Shown here: positions 1-8,035 of the stretch, piece by piece
Position numbering within the stretch: position 1 is the stretch's first letter
Layout: every line of letters begins with the position of its first letter
Assembly: GCA_040754495.1 (NCBI GenBank)
Contig: JBFMCO010000037.1
Coordinates: 1-13,502 of the forward strand
Reading direction: 5' to 3'
Length of the DNA: 13,502 nucleotides
From: Candidatus Micrarchaeota archaeon
Lineage (GTDB): Archaea; Micrarchaeota; Micrarchaeia; Anstonellales; Bilamarchaeaceae
The notes under the pieces: generated by a model
What the model was told of the DNA's origin: nothing
Database searches by the model: none
What the model saw: only the letters and a program-made list of their open reading frames with translations
Translations under genes and position numbers: made by a program

Positions 1-1024
1 AGTAGGCCGAGGCGCAATCCAGGCTCGTCCCGCACTCGAAAGGCGCCGGAGTCGGTATGCCGGCAAACGACTCGAGCCCCTCGCTCAGCTCCTTCTCGTA
101 TATGAGGTTAAGGAAGTTCGAGTAGAATACCTTGTCGAACTGCGTGTGCTCGAAAGAGACGGATACGTACTGCGGGAAGTCTTCGCCGTAGTCTATGCCG
201 TCTGCCGTCCGCCGCACCGGGTAATAGCGGTAGTCCGGCATGGACGCGCCGTCATAGGTCGGCCCGCGGAAAGGCGAGACCTCGTCCTTGAGGCAGAAGC
301 TCTCGTTCTGGACGCGCTCGTCGGGCTTGTCGTATGCCGCGCCGGAGTATTTCTGCCCGAACTCGTCGGGCGAGATGAGGTAGTTCATGTACCGCTCCTT
401 GGCCCCGGCGACGGGGTTCGAGTTGCAGTTCAGGTCGCTGAGCGGGAAGAACCAGCGGTAGTGGTCGAACTCCTCGAACGAGCTGCCGACGCCGAGGCGG
501 AAGGTGTTGATGAAGCTTCCCTTGGAGTTCTTCAGGAAGTTGAGCAGGAGGTCGTCGGTGCGGTACATGCGGCACGTCGTCCCGTACAGGCCGACCGGGC
601 TCTCCTTCCTGATTTCGTCGGCTGCCGCCACCTTGCCCGTGTCGCGGGCCTCGGACTCGAATTTCTGCGAGTCGCGGTAGCTCGGGATGGGCGTGGGGTT
701 GTACTTCAGGCTGCCGCACAGCTGCGCGATGCAGTCGCCCTGCAGGCAGCCGCCGCTCGCGTTGCTGCAGATGGGCACGGACACGTCGGATGTGTTCTCT
801 GCGGTGCCCACCGTCACCTTGATGCTGACGTTGCAAATGGTCGCGGTCGTGTTGCACGAGTTCGTGCCGAGGAAGGTCGTCTCGGGGCCGGAATCCTTGA
901 GGCCGTCGCACTGCTCGGTCGTTTCGTTGTAGATGCAGCATCCGATGGAAACCGGCTTCTTCATCGTGCAGCCTGCTATCAGGAGCACGAAGGCGACCGA
1001 CAGGATGACGAGGAGCTTGTTCAT
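1..1024 (-). CDS. Cys-rich secreted lipoprotein (partial, C-terminus beyond window start; 341 codons visible)
   Basis: Own translation: ATG at 1024 directly follows the M6 TAG (TAGATG) with GGTGG upstream. The frame is open to base 1. It begins MNKLLVILSVAFVLLIAG-C (lipobox, Cys19) and has 15 Cys, 6 N-x-S/T sequons and host-like C/G-ending codons. Absent from the ORF track. Confidence 0.88.
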   Translation of the reverse strand, partial: MNKLLVILSVAFVLLIAGCTMKKPVSIGCCIYNETTEQCDGLKDSGPETTFLGTNSCNTTATICNVSIKVTVGTAENTSDVSVPICSNASGGCLQGDCIAQLCGSLKYNPTPIPSYRDSQKFESEARDTGKVAAADEIRKESPVGLYGTTCRMYRTDDLLLNFLKNSKGSFINTFRLGVGSSFEEFDHYRWFFPLSDLNCNSNPVAGAKERYMNYLISPDEFGQKYSGAAYDKPDERVQNESFCLKDEVSPFRGPTYDGASMPDYRYYPVRRTADGIDYGEDFPQYVSVSFEHTQFDKVFYSNFLNLIYEKELSEGLESFAGIPTPAPFECGTSLDCASAY

Positions 1025-2092
1025 CTAGACCACCTTCCCCATCGCCCGGAGCAGGTCCATCGAATCGCCGCCCAGGACAGTTATCATGTACCTTATAAGG
1101 ACTATGGTGAGGGCGAACGCTATGAAAGGCTGCAGGAGCACGGACGAATAGACCGACGAGACGTCGCTGCGGAGCTGGTCCAGCGACAGCTTGGACGAGC
1201 CGCTGCTTGATGTCGCGGTGCTCCCGAAGGTCGAGTATATGGAGTACGAGAGGCCGCTGAAGGTCGGGAAGCAGAGCGGCGCGTCGAAGCCGGCCGGCTT
1301 GGCGGGGGCCTGGTATGCCGGCTTCACGAAGCCCGGGTCGGTTATGATATAGACCACCGGGTAGATGTAATAGAACCCGAGGGCCATCGCGATGAGGAAC
1401 GCGCCCACTCCGCGCGTGAAGAAGAAGGAGCGCAGCAGGAGGCCGATGGGGAGGAAGAAGCTGAGCATGTTGTTCTTCACGTAATCCGCGGTTATGATGA
1501 TTGTGTTGAGGCCGATCAGGAGGACGGTCATGAGCTGGTTCAGCAGGCGGTAGGTCTCCGCATCCTTGTACCACGACGATACGTACTGGCCGCTGAAGAC
1601 CGGGACCCCTATCAGGCTGATGTAGAGGTTGAGCAGGTTGAGCGGCACGGCTGCCGCGTCCGTGACCTCCCCCTGGATGTCGGCGAACGCGTTCGCCTTG
1701 TCGGCAAGGCGGCATTTGAGCAGGTCGATGGAGTTCGTGAGCTTCTCTATCGTTATGTACTCGCCGCCGCATTCGAAGGCAGGGCAGTTGATGCCGCTGC
1801 ATATGAAATACTGGAGCATGAACTCCTCGACGGAGTTCAGCATCATTATCAGGAACGACACCATGAGGATGGTCGCGAAGCTGTTCAGGAGCTCCGCCTT
1901 GGCGAAGCGCTCGGTCTCCTGGGAATTGAACGCCCTCGCGATGGCCAGCACGCCGGCGTATATTATTATGATTGCCACGCACGCGACGATCGTCATCGGC
2001 AGGAACTGGAGGTTCGGCGGGAGCATGCTGTACACCCCGCCGAGGGACGCATCCGAGTTGAACCCTATCAGGTATCCGGAGACCTCTGCCAT
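1025..2092 (-). CDS. M6: multi-pass membrane protein, paralogue 6 of tandem array (355 aa)
   Basis: Family motifs RFAKAELLNSFATI, FLPIGLLLRSFFFTRGVGAFLIAMALG and C-terminal VLGGD. The start lies 1 nt after the M5 stop, with GTGAT upstream. Confidence 0.92.
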   Translation of the reverse strand: MAEVSGYLIGFNSDASLGGVYSMLPPNLQFLPMTIVACVAIIIIYAGVLAIARAFNSQETERFAKAELLNSFATILMVSFLIMMLNSVEEFMLQYFICSGINCPAFECGGEYITIEKLTNSIDLLKCRLADKANAFADIQGEVTDAAAVPLNLLNLYISLIGVPVFSGQYVSSWYKDAETYRLLNQLMTVLLIGLNTIIITADYVKNNMLSFFLPIGLLLRSFFFTRGVGAFLIAMALGFYYIYPVVYIITDPGFVKPAYQAPAKPAGFDAPLCFPTFSGLSYSIYSTFGSTATSSSGSSKLSLDQLRSDVSSVYSSVLLQPFIAFALTIVLIRYMITVLGGDSMDLLRAMGKVV

Positions 2093-2093
2093 A

Positions 2094-3161
2094 TCACATC
2101 AGCTGCACTATCCTGGAGAGGTCAATTTCCTCTCCCAGGAAACGATTTATGTAACCGACCGCCGCCGCGGCCCCGAGGAGGGCCAGCGAAGGGATGAAAA
2201 CGCCCACGATGAATGCATTCCCTGAGAGCTTTATAACCTCTAGCGTCTGGTCCCCGCCGTCGTCGAAGACGTCGTCGCTGAGGTCGCCGTCGAACACGTT
2301 GCTGAGGTCCACCTTGTCGCCTATGTCCTCGTCCGCGTAATTGAACGCCGCCGAGCCGGTGGGCGCGAGTATGCGCGCCGCCTTGAAGTCTATGTAGAAT
2401 GCCGCCAGTATGAACGGATAGACGATGAGGAACGAGATGGCGACGGACATGAGGAGGGACCCCAGCGTGCGCAGGTACGGCAGGGCCCGGAGGAAGATGC
2501 CCAGGGGGAGGAAGAAGAGGACGAAGCCGCTGAACACGAAGCGGAGGATGAACAGGTAGTTCAGGATGGAAAGATAGGACAGCATGAGGGAGTTGAAGGC
2601 CGCGCCGAGGGCAGATGAAAGCAGGCCGTAGCCGGAGTTGGGCGCGTTCGTGATGCTGACGGCACCGGCGCCGCCTGCGGGGCTCGGCAGGATGGGGCCG
2701 AAGAGGCAGAAGAGCCATGAAGGTCCGACGTCCTCGCACTCGTTGCGGCCGAATGCCTGGAGGATGTTGTACGCCCCCATGTGGTAGCGGGCCACATGCA
2801 GGAGGTCGTGCACCCATATGCCGGACTCCGTGAGGTAGCTGTTCGCGGCGTCGAAGACGGTGAGCCCGGCCGGGACGCCGCTCGCCCCCACGTCCAGCAG
2901 CTCGTAGATGGAGCCGACATCCAGCACGCAGAAGGTGCTTATCCCGCCAAGCATGATGCCGACCGCGACCATCGAGATGATGAGCTGGAAGAACTCGGTC
3001 TTGGCCCACAGCGTGATGCGCGGATTCGACAGCGCGTTCCCGGCCATGTAGCTCATGCCGATGACCATGGTCGTGACGATCGCCGAGACGGCCGTCAGCG
3101 GATAGACTATGCCCTGTATGATTTCGTTCGCGTCCGCCGAGCATATTGTTTCTATCGCCAT
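2094..3161 (-). CDS. M5: multi-pass membrane protein, paralogue 5 (355 aa; alternative ATG at 3167)
   Basis: Motifs LWAKTEFFQLIISM, FLPLGIFLRALPYLRTLGSLLMS and FLGEEIDL. Start trimmed from the ORF track (3227) to the ATG after GTGAT at the M4 stop. Confidence 0.9.
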   Translation of the reverse strand: MAIETICSADANEIIQGIVYPLTAVSAIVTTMVIGMSYMAGNALSNPRITLWAKTEFFQLIISMVAVGIMLGGISTFCVLDVGSIYELLDVGASGVPAGLTVFDAANSYLTESGIWVHDLLHVARYHMGAYNILQAFGRNECEDVGPSWLFCLFGPILPSPAGGAGAVSITNAPNSGYGLLSSALGAAFNSLMLSYLSILNYLFILRFVFSGFVLFFLPLGIFLRALPYLRTLGSLLMSVAISFLIVYPFILAAFYIDFKAARILAPTGSAAFNYADEDIGDKVDLSNVFDGDLSDDVFDDGGDQTLEVIKLSGNAFIVGVFIPSLALLGAAAAVGYINRFLGEEIDLSRIVQLM

Positions 3162-3166
3162 AAGCA

Positions 3167-4123
3167 TCACGATATCTTCATCAGCGCCGAGACGTCGACC
3201 TCGGCCCCGGCCAGCTTCGAGAGCCACCTGAATGCCGCGAAGAAAGCGAGCAGGGAGACGATGGTCTGCATCGTGCCCCGGACAAGGAATATGAAGAGGA
3301 ACCCGTCCACCGTGCCGAGCATGGTGTCGAAATTGCTTATGGCCTCGTCCGCGTTCCCGTAGGAGAAGCCGGCTTCGGTGGAGAAGTCATGGACGTCGCA
3401 GTCCGGCTCGGGCAGGCTCATGCTCGCCACGCTCGGCGCCCCCGTGGAGGTGAGCTCGTCCATGAATATCACGGCCAGGGGAAGGAACAGATAGAGCGAG
3501 ACGGCAAGGCCGATGAACAGGGCCCCGGCCCCCCTCGTGAAGCGGAACGTTCGGAGGAGTATCCCTATCGGGAGCAGAAGGGTGAATGCGTAGGTGTCGC
3601 CGAAGCTGGCCAGCGTCCGCAATGAGCTAAGCTCGGCTATGGACAGGCTCAGGGCCTGCAGCGAGAGGGTGAGCGGGGGGATGAGGGCCGAGAACGAGCC
3701 GCACGGGGCTACGCTGAACCCGGCCCCGCTTATGCCGCAGTACATGGATTTCGTGGATTGCGGCACGAGCTCTATCATGTAGCCCCTTATGAGGTTGAAA
3801 ACGTCCGCGTGCGTCTGCAATGATGCGTCTATCTTGCTCAGGCTGGCTGCCTGCATGTCCGGCGCTATCGAGGAGAACATCTCGTTGAGGGCGGCCTCCG
3901 CGGAAAACAGCAGGGCTATCATGAATGCCGTCGCGATGAGCTGGTACAGCTCTTCCGTGGATAGGAACTTCAGGTCGTTCAGGCTGAACGCGATTGCGAC
4001 CATGTAGAGGACGCCAAGGAGCAGGAGCGATGTCGCTATGGCGACCATGGCGACGGTCTCCCAGGGCTGGTGGGCCGCGAAGGCGAGCGGGACGAGCAGC
4101 AGCAGTATCAGCAGTCGCTTCAT
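3167..4123 (-). CDS. M4: multi-pass membrane protein with signal peptide, paralogue 4 (318 aa)
   Basis: MKRLLILLLLVPLAFAA signal peptide. Motifs FLSTEELYQLIATA, LLPIGILLRTFRFTRGAGALFIG and LAGAEVDV. ATGA overlap with the M3 stop, GAGGA upstream. Confidence 0.92.
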   Translation of the reverse strand: MKRLLILLLLVPLAFAAHQPWETVAMVAIATSLLLLGVLYMVAIAFSLNDLKFLSTEELYQLIATAFMIALLFSAEAALNEMFSSIAPDMQAASLSKIDASLQTHADVFNLIRGYMIELVPQSTKSMYCGISGAGFSVAPCGSFSALIPPLTLSLQALSLSIAELSSLRTLASFGDTYAFTLLLPIGILLRTFRFTRGAGALFIGLAVSLYLFLPLAVIFMDELTSTGAPSVASMSLPEPDCDVHDFSTEAGFSYGNADEAISNFDTMLGTVDGFLFIFLVRGTMQTIVSLLAFFAAFRWLSKLAGAEVDVSALMKIS

Positions 4124-5880
4124 AGTATCCTCGTCAGGCCTGGTATCTCGATGTCCCCGCCTATTATCTGCGAGAACGAGCGGATGAATATCAGCGTTAC
4201 TACTATGTTCAGGATGGGCAGGACGTACGCCGGCAGCATGAGCGCGGACACGGCCTTTATCTCCTCCTTGCCCACCATGCCCTCCTGGGAGCGCCTGCTG
4301 AACTCGCCCGGGGAAATCTTCGGCGGCCCGGTGGGCGAGGGGTTGCACAGGTCGGCGCAGGAGAGGTAAATCGGAGGCCCGTAGGTATATTGCTGGGGAA
4401 CGAAGTTGCAGGCGTCGCACTCGTGCGCATCGACGTCCTCCTTGCTCGGGAGCACCCACACGCACGACTGCGTCGCGTCAAGGTTCGCGGGGCAATTCAG
4501 CGCCGCATCCCCGCTGCATCCTGCCGGCCGCTCCATTTCAGGCCTGCGGGCGAACTTGCAGAAGTCGCTGCCCGATACGCAGCCGCCTGCCGAGCAGTCG
4601 CCTTTCAGCGGCGGGACGCTCCTGCACTTTTCCGGGCATTCGCCGTTCGCCATGCTCCCGTCGTTGTAGATGTCGCTGTTCCCGCCGCCGGGGTTCACGT
4701 AGCGTATCATCTTGCAGCGGGAATCGAGTGCGGCGCATGCCGATATGGCCTCGGGCACGTTGCACTCGGGCACGAGCGGATAGGGCAGGTCCCTGCATGA
4801 GAGCGGGCAGTCCGTCGCCTGGCAGCCGTAGATGGTCACGCTCCCGAACGTCCTGCTGGAGGCGCTCCCGGAATCAAGGGCCGCCACCCCTGATGTCACC
4901 GATTCTTCGCTCTGCCCCTGGCTCTCCAGGTAATCGATGAGGTCGGTGCGCGAGAAGAACTGCGTCCCGCCGTCGTTGTAGAAGCGGGGCGGGGGAATCA
5001 TGCAGGCGGCTGGGCACGGCTGGAGGTTCGGTTCTATGCTCGATGCCCCGAACATTGTTATGTTTAGCGTCAGCCAGTCGAAGACGTACATGAGGGGGAA
5101 GACGTACATCACACCGATTCCGACCGCGATGAGGAGCCCGCCCATCTTGCGCGTGAAGAAGAACGAGCGCGCGATTATGCCTATCACGAGGATTATGGGG
5201 GCGAGCTTGAAGGAGATTTCCTTCACGAAGAACTCCTGCGCGTAGAGCGAGGAGAGCATGTTGCCGAGGTACTCGAGGACCGTATTCCTGCGCTCGACGT
5301 CCATGAGGCGGCCCGCGGTGAATGTGAACGACGTCGAGGCCTGGAGGAGCGGGATGAGCATCGGCGTCGAGAGGCCGAAGCGGGTATACGCCCATTTGGC
5401 CGCGCTCGCAGCCTCGACGACGTTGTCGCGCGCCTGCTTCTCGGCCGACTCGGTGATTCCGGCAAGGTACTGCTCGCTGACCGTGACGGCGCAGTTCGTG
5501 CTCCCGGAGCACGAGAAGCCCAAATTCGAGTTCTGCACGATGGTCTCGAGGTAAGCGTCCAGCAGGAGGGCCGTGAATGTGAATGCGACGACGATTATCG
5601 CGCTCACGAAGACCTGCACCATCTCGTTCTGCGCCCATGCCTTGATTTCCGGCATCTCGAATGCGTGGCCCAGCATGTACCCTATCGCGACCAGCAGGAT
5701 GGACAGCATGATGGCGCCGATGGCGAGGGCGCGCCAGTCCTCTGCGATGCCTATGTTGCTGGCCTCTGCGGTCTCCTCGATGGACGCAGTGGCGTAGGCG
5801 AGATACGGAAGCGCGAGAATCAAGGCGAGGAGCAGGAGCCCGAGCTTCCTGCGGAGTCCGGTTTTTCCTTCATCCCTCAT
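4120..5880 (-). CDS. M3: multi-pass membrane protein with large 20-Cys extracellular insert, paralogue 3 (586 aa)
   Basis: Signal-peptide-like N-terminus (RKLGLLLLALILALPYLAYA). Motifs AWAQNEMVQVFVSA, IGIIARSFFFTRKMGGLLIAVGIG and IIGGDIEI. ATGA overlap with the M2 stop. The track's 890 aa ORF is over-extended into M2. Confidence 0.92.
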   Translation of the reverse strand: MRDEGKTGLRRKLGLLLLALILALPYLAYATASIEETAEASNIGIAEDWRALAIGAIMLSILLVAIGYMLGHAFEMPEIKAWAQNEMVQVFVSAIIVVAFTFTALLLDAYLETIVQNSNLGFSCSGSTNCAVTVSEQYLAGITESAEKQARDNVVEAASAAKWAYTRFGLSTPMLIPLLQASTSFTFTAGRLMDVERRNTVLEYLGNMLSSLYAQEFFVKEISFKLAPIILVIGIIARSFFFTRKMGGLLIAVGIGVMYVFPLMYVFDWLTLNITMFGASSIEPNLQPCPAACMIPPPRFYNDGGTQFFSRTDLIDYLESQGQSEESVTSGVAALDSGSASSRTFGSVTIYGCQATDCPLSCRDLPYPLVPECNVPEAISACAALDSRCKMIRYVNPGGGNSDIYNDGSMANGECPEKCRSVPPLKGDCSAGGCVSGSDFCKFARRPEMERPAGCSGDAALNCPANLDATQSCVWVLPSKEDVDAHECDACNFVPQQYTYGPPIYLSCADLCNPSPTGPPKISPGEFSRRSQEGMVGKEEIKAVSALMLPAYVLPILNIVVTLIFIRSFSQIIGGDIEIPGLTRIL

Positions 5881-6845
5881 CCGACCACCTTGAGCGCCTT
5901 GTTTATGCCGCCGAGGAACGTGATTGTGAGGGCGAGCGTCAGGTTCGGCAGGAAGAACGCCTGCGGTATGGCCCGTGCCACCTTCCAGAAGCTCGTCTCC
6001 GAGTCGCAGCCGCCCATGATCTGGTCGTTGATGACGCTGGCGTACATGCTGCAGTCCGAGAAAACGACCTGGTCCATCGCGCCGTTCAGGGCATAAAGCG
6101 TGGGGACTATGACGTAGAGGCCGACTGTTATCGCTATGAGCATGTTGCCCATGTTGCGCGCAAACGGCAGCACGCGGAGCAGGAGGGCAACAGGCAGGAG
6201 CCATTTCAGCAGGTCGGTGGAGAACCCCAGCACGAGCGTCTGCAGGTTCAGGCTTATGAGGGCCGGAAGGGCGAAGTTGAGGGCTATCATGTCGAACTGC
6301 ATCGCATACGCCTTCCTGTACGCGCCGAGGGGGACGGATACGCCTCCGGTGATGGGGTTGTACAGCGAGAATATGAGCGTGGAGTCCATCTCGTTGCCGA
6401 CGGCTTCCTTTATCATCCTCTTGACCGTGCTGTCGGTCTGCTTCGTGATGGTCTTCATGTAGCAGGTGGCGATGGCCTGGGGCGCCTCGGCGCCGGTGTA
6501 GCACCCGTTCGGGCTCATCAGGCCGAGCCCGTTCGGGCCGAGCACGAAATCGAGGAAGCTCGTCAGGGTGTTGCACGAGAAGAAGAGCACTCCGCTTATG
6601 GCCACGATGAGAATCGCGGAGAACATCAGGTGGTAGAGCTCGTCCTTGGCCAAAACAAGCATGTTGGCGTTGTTCATAGACGAGCCGATGGCGTAGATTA
6701 TCCCGATGACAAGGATTGTGAGCGAGACCGCGATGCCGATGTTGATTCCTGCCTCGCCGGTGATGACGTTGTCGAAAAGGCTCTGCGCGCACTGGGCCGC
6801 AAAGGATGCCGAGACAAGCATGAGGAGGAGCAGGGGGAAGCGCAT
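5877..6845 (-). CDS. M2: multi-pass membrane protein with signal peptide, paralogue 2 (322 aa)
   Basis: MRFPLLLLMLVSASFAA signal peptide. Motifs VLAKDELYHLMFSA and LLPVALLLRVLPFARNMGNMLIA. TGATG overlap with the M1 stop. Confidence 0.92.
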   Translation of the reverse strand: MRFPLLLLMLVSASFAAQCAQSLFDNVITGEAGINIGIAVSLTILVIGIIYAIGSSMNNANMLVLAKDELYHLMFSAILIVAISGVLFFSCNTLTSFLDFVLGPNGLGLMSPNGCYTGAEAPQAIATCYMKTITKQTDSTVKRMIKEAVGNEMDSTLIFSLYNPITGGVSVPLGAYRKAYAMQFDMIALNFALPALISLNLQTLVLGFSTDLLKWLLPVALLLRVLPFARNMGNMLIAITVGLYVIVPTLYALNGAMDQVVFSDCSMYASVINDQIMGGCDSETSFWKVARAIPQAFFLPNLTLALTITFLGGINKALKVVG

Positions 6846-8020
6846 CAGACCAGCCTCTGTATGCCCGGCATCAGGTACTCGCCTCCGAGGGCGGCCGATA
6901 TGCTCTTCGTGCCTACTATGGTGATTATGGCCACCAGGATGGTGTCGACATATGTCACAACGACCAGGTTGTTGATGGCCTTGAGGAATGGGAGGAAGGC
7001 GTCGAAATCCTCGCCTATGTCGGGCGTGAGGAAGGTCGAGAACGCCAGCATGAGCCCCCATGTTATCGGTATTATGATTTGCATGATTATCGGATAGACC
7101 ACCTTGGTCAGTATCTCCCAGCACGGCTGGAAGCCCGCCCCGAGGGTGGCTATGGCCACGATGATGCATGGCGGGAGGGCGAAGCCGATTTCCCCGAAGA
7201 GTCCGACGAGGATGCGGACGTACCACTCGCCGCAGATGAACGTGGCTCCTGGCGGGATTACGAATTCCAGGGCCTCGAGGGCGGAGTCCGGCAGGTCGGG
7301 CGACGGCACGGTTATTACGTTGTGCGAATAGTCCAGCATGAACAGGGAGAACGGGAAGATTACGTATGCGCCTATCACCATCGCGATGAGCGTGTTGCCC
7401 ATCTGGCGCGTGAACGGGATTATCCTGAAGATGAATGCCAAGTAAATCAGCTTGTCCCCGACCGCGAGGAAGAAGTCGAGCAGGACCTTGAGGGCCTTGT
7501 AGATGAATATGGTGTTCGTGAGGCCGGTTGTCGCCTGGTTAAAGAATATCATGAACGATGAGTAGCCGGACGAGGGTACGCCCCCCGTAGAGGCGAAGAC
7601 GTAATAGCCCGCGACGAGGTTGGTCGAGAACCCGGTCCTCATGGAGACGGCGTGGTAGGCGTATATCATGTCCCTGTAGGCGTCGGTCGCGCGCGTTATC
7701 ATGCCGTCTATGGTCGCCAGCGCGTCTGCCTTGTAGTCGCTCTTGCCCGAGATTATCTCCACGGCCGGCTTGTCCCCGTGGAATAAGCCTATCACGGCCA
7801 CGAAGAGTATGAGCGCCACGATGAGCTCGCGCAGCTCCTGCTTCACCCACGCCTTCAGCTGCTGGGCGTTGATGGATTCGGCCACCATGTAGCAGGCCGC
7901 CAGGATTATCACGACGAGGACCGCGACGACGCCGAGCGCAGGGGCCAGGCTGTCGAGCATAGTCGCTGCGCTGGAGAGCGAGAGCGCCGCGAGGAGGAAT
8001 AATGCGACTTTCGGTCCCAC
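6845..8020 (-). CDS. M1: multi-pass membrane protein with signal peptide, first gene of array (391 aa, GTG start inferred)
   Basis: Motifs AWVKQELRELIVA, FIFRIIPFTRQMGNTLIAMVIG and ALGGEYLM. GTG at 8020 gives MGPKVALFLLAALSLSSAA and lies 21 nt below TTTATAAA. Alternative starts are GTG 8035 or an internal ATG. Confidence 0.88.
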   Translation of the reverse strand: MGPKVALFLLAALSLSSAATMLDSLAPALGVVAVLVVIILAACYMVAESINAQQLKAWVKQELRELIVALILFVAVIGLFHGDKPAVEIISGKSDYKADALATIDGMITRATDAYRDMIYAYHAVSMRTGFSTNLVAGYYVFASTGGVPSSGYSSFMIFFNQATTGLTNTIFIYKALKVLLDFFLAVGDKLIYLAFIFRIIPFTRQMGNTLIAMVIGAYVIFPFSLFMLDYSHNVITVPSPDLPDSALEALEFVIPPGATFICGEWYVRILVGLFGEIGFALPPCIIVAIATLGAGFQPCWEILTKVVYPIIMQIIIPITWGLMLAFSTFLTPDIGEDFDAFLPFLKAINNLVVVTYVDTILVAIITIVGTKSISAALGGEYLMPGIQRLV

Positions 8021-8035
8021 GCTCGGAATATCCAC

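Noticed and set aside
146-1982. Long ORFs 146-1210 (+) and 252-1982 (-)
   Set aside because: Arg/Gly/His-rich shadow frames of GC-rich genes with strong third-position bias. The real frames are the lipoprotein and M6.
2122-3144. 340-aa same-strand alternative-frame ORF, and similar nested ORFs over M3-M5 and the redoxin
   Set aside because: Frame-shifted shadows with no motif, no SD and no promoter.
5830-5880. Twin-arginine (LRRKLG) in the M3 leader as a Tat signal
   Set aside because: Lacks the S/T-R-R-x-F-L consensus, and its paralogues have ordinary Sec-type leaders.
4120-6792. 890-aa ORF suggesting a giant protein or a programmed frameshift fusion
   Set aside because: The first ~300 aa are an off-frame read of M2. 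The real gene starts at the ATGA overlap at 5880 with a signal peptide and SD. The same applies to the over-long starts at 4465, 7226, 8122, 10640 and 12253.
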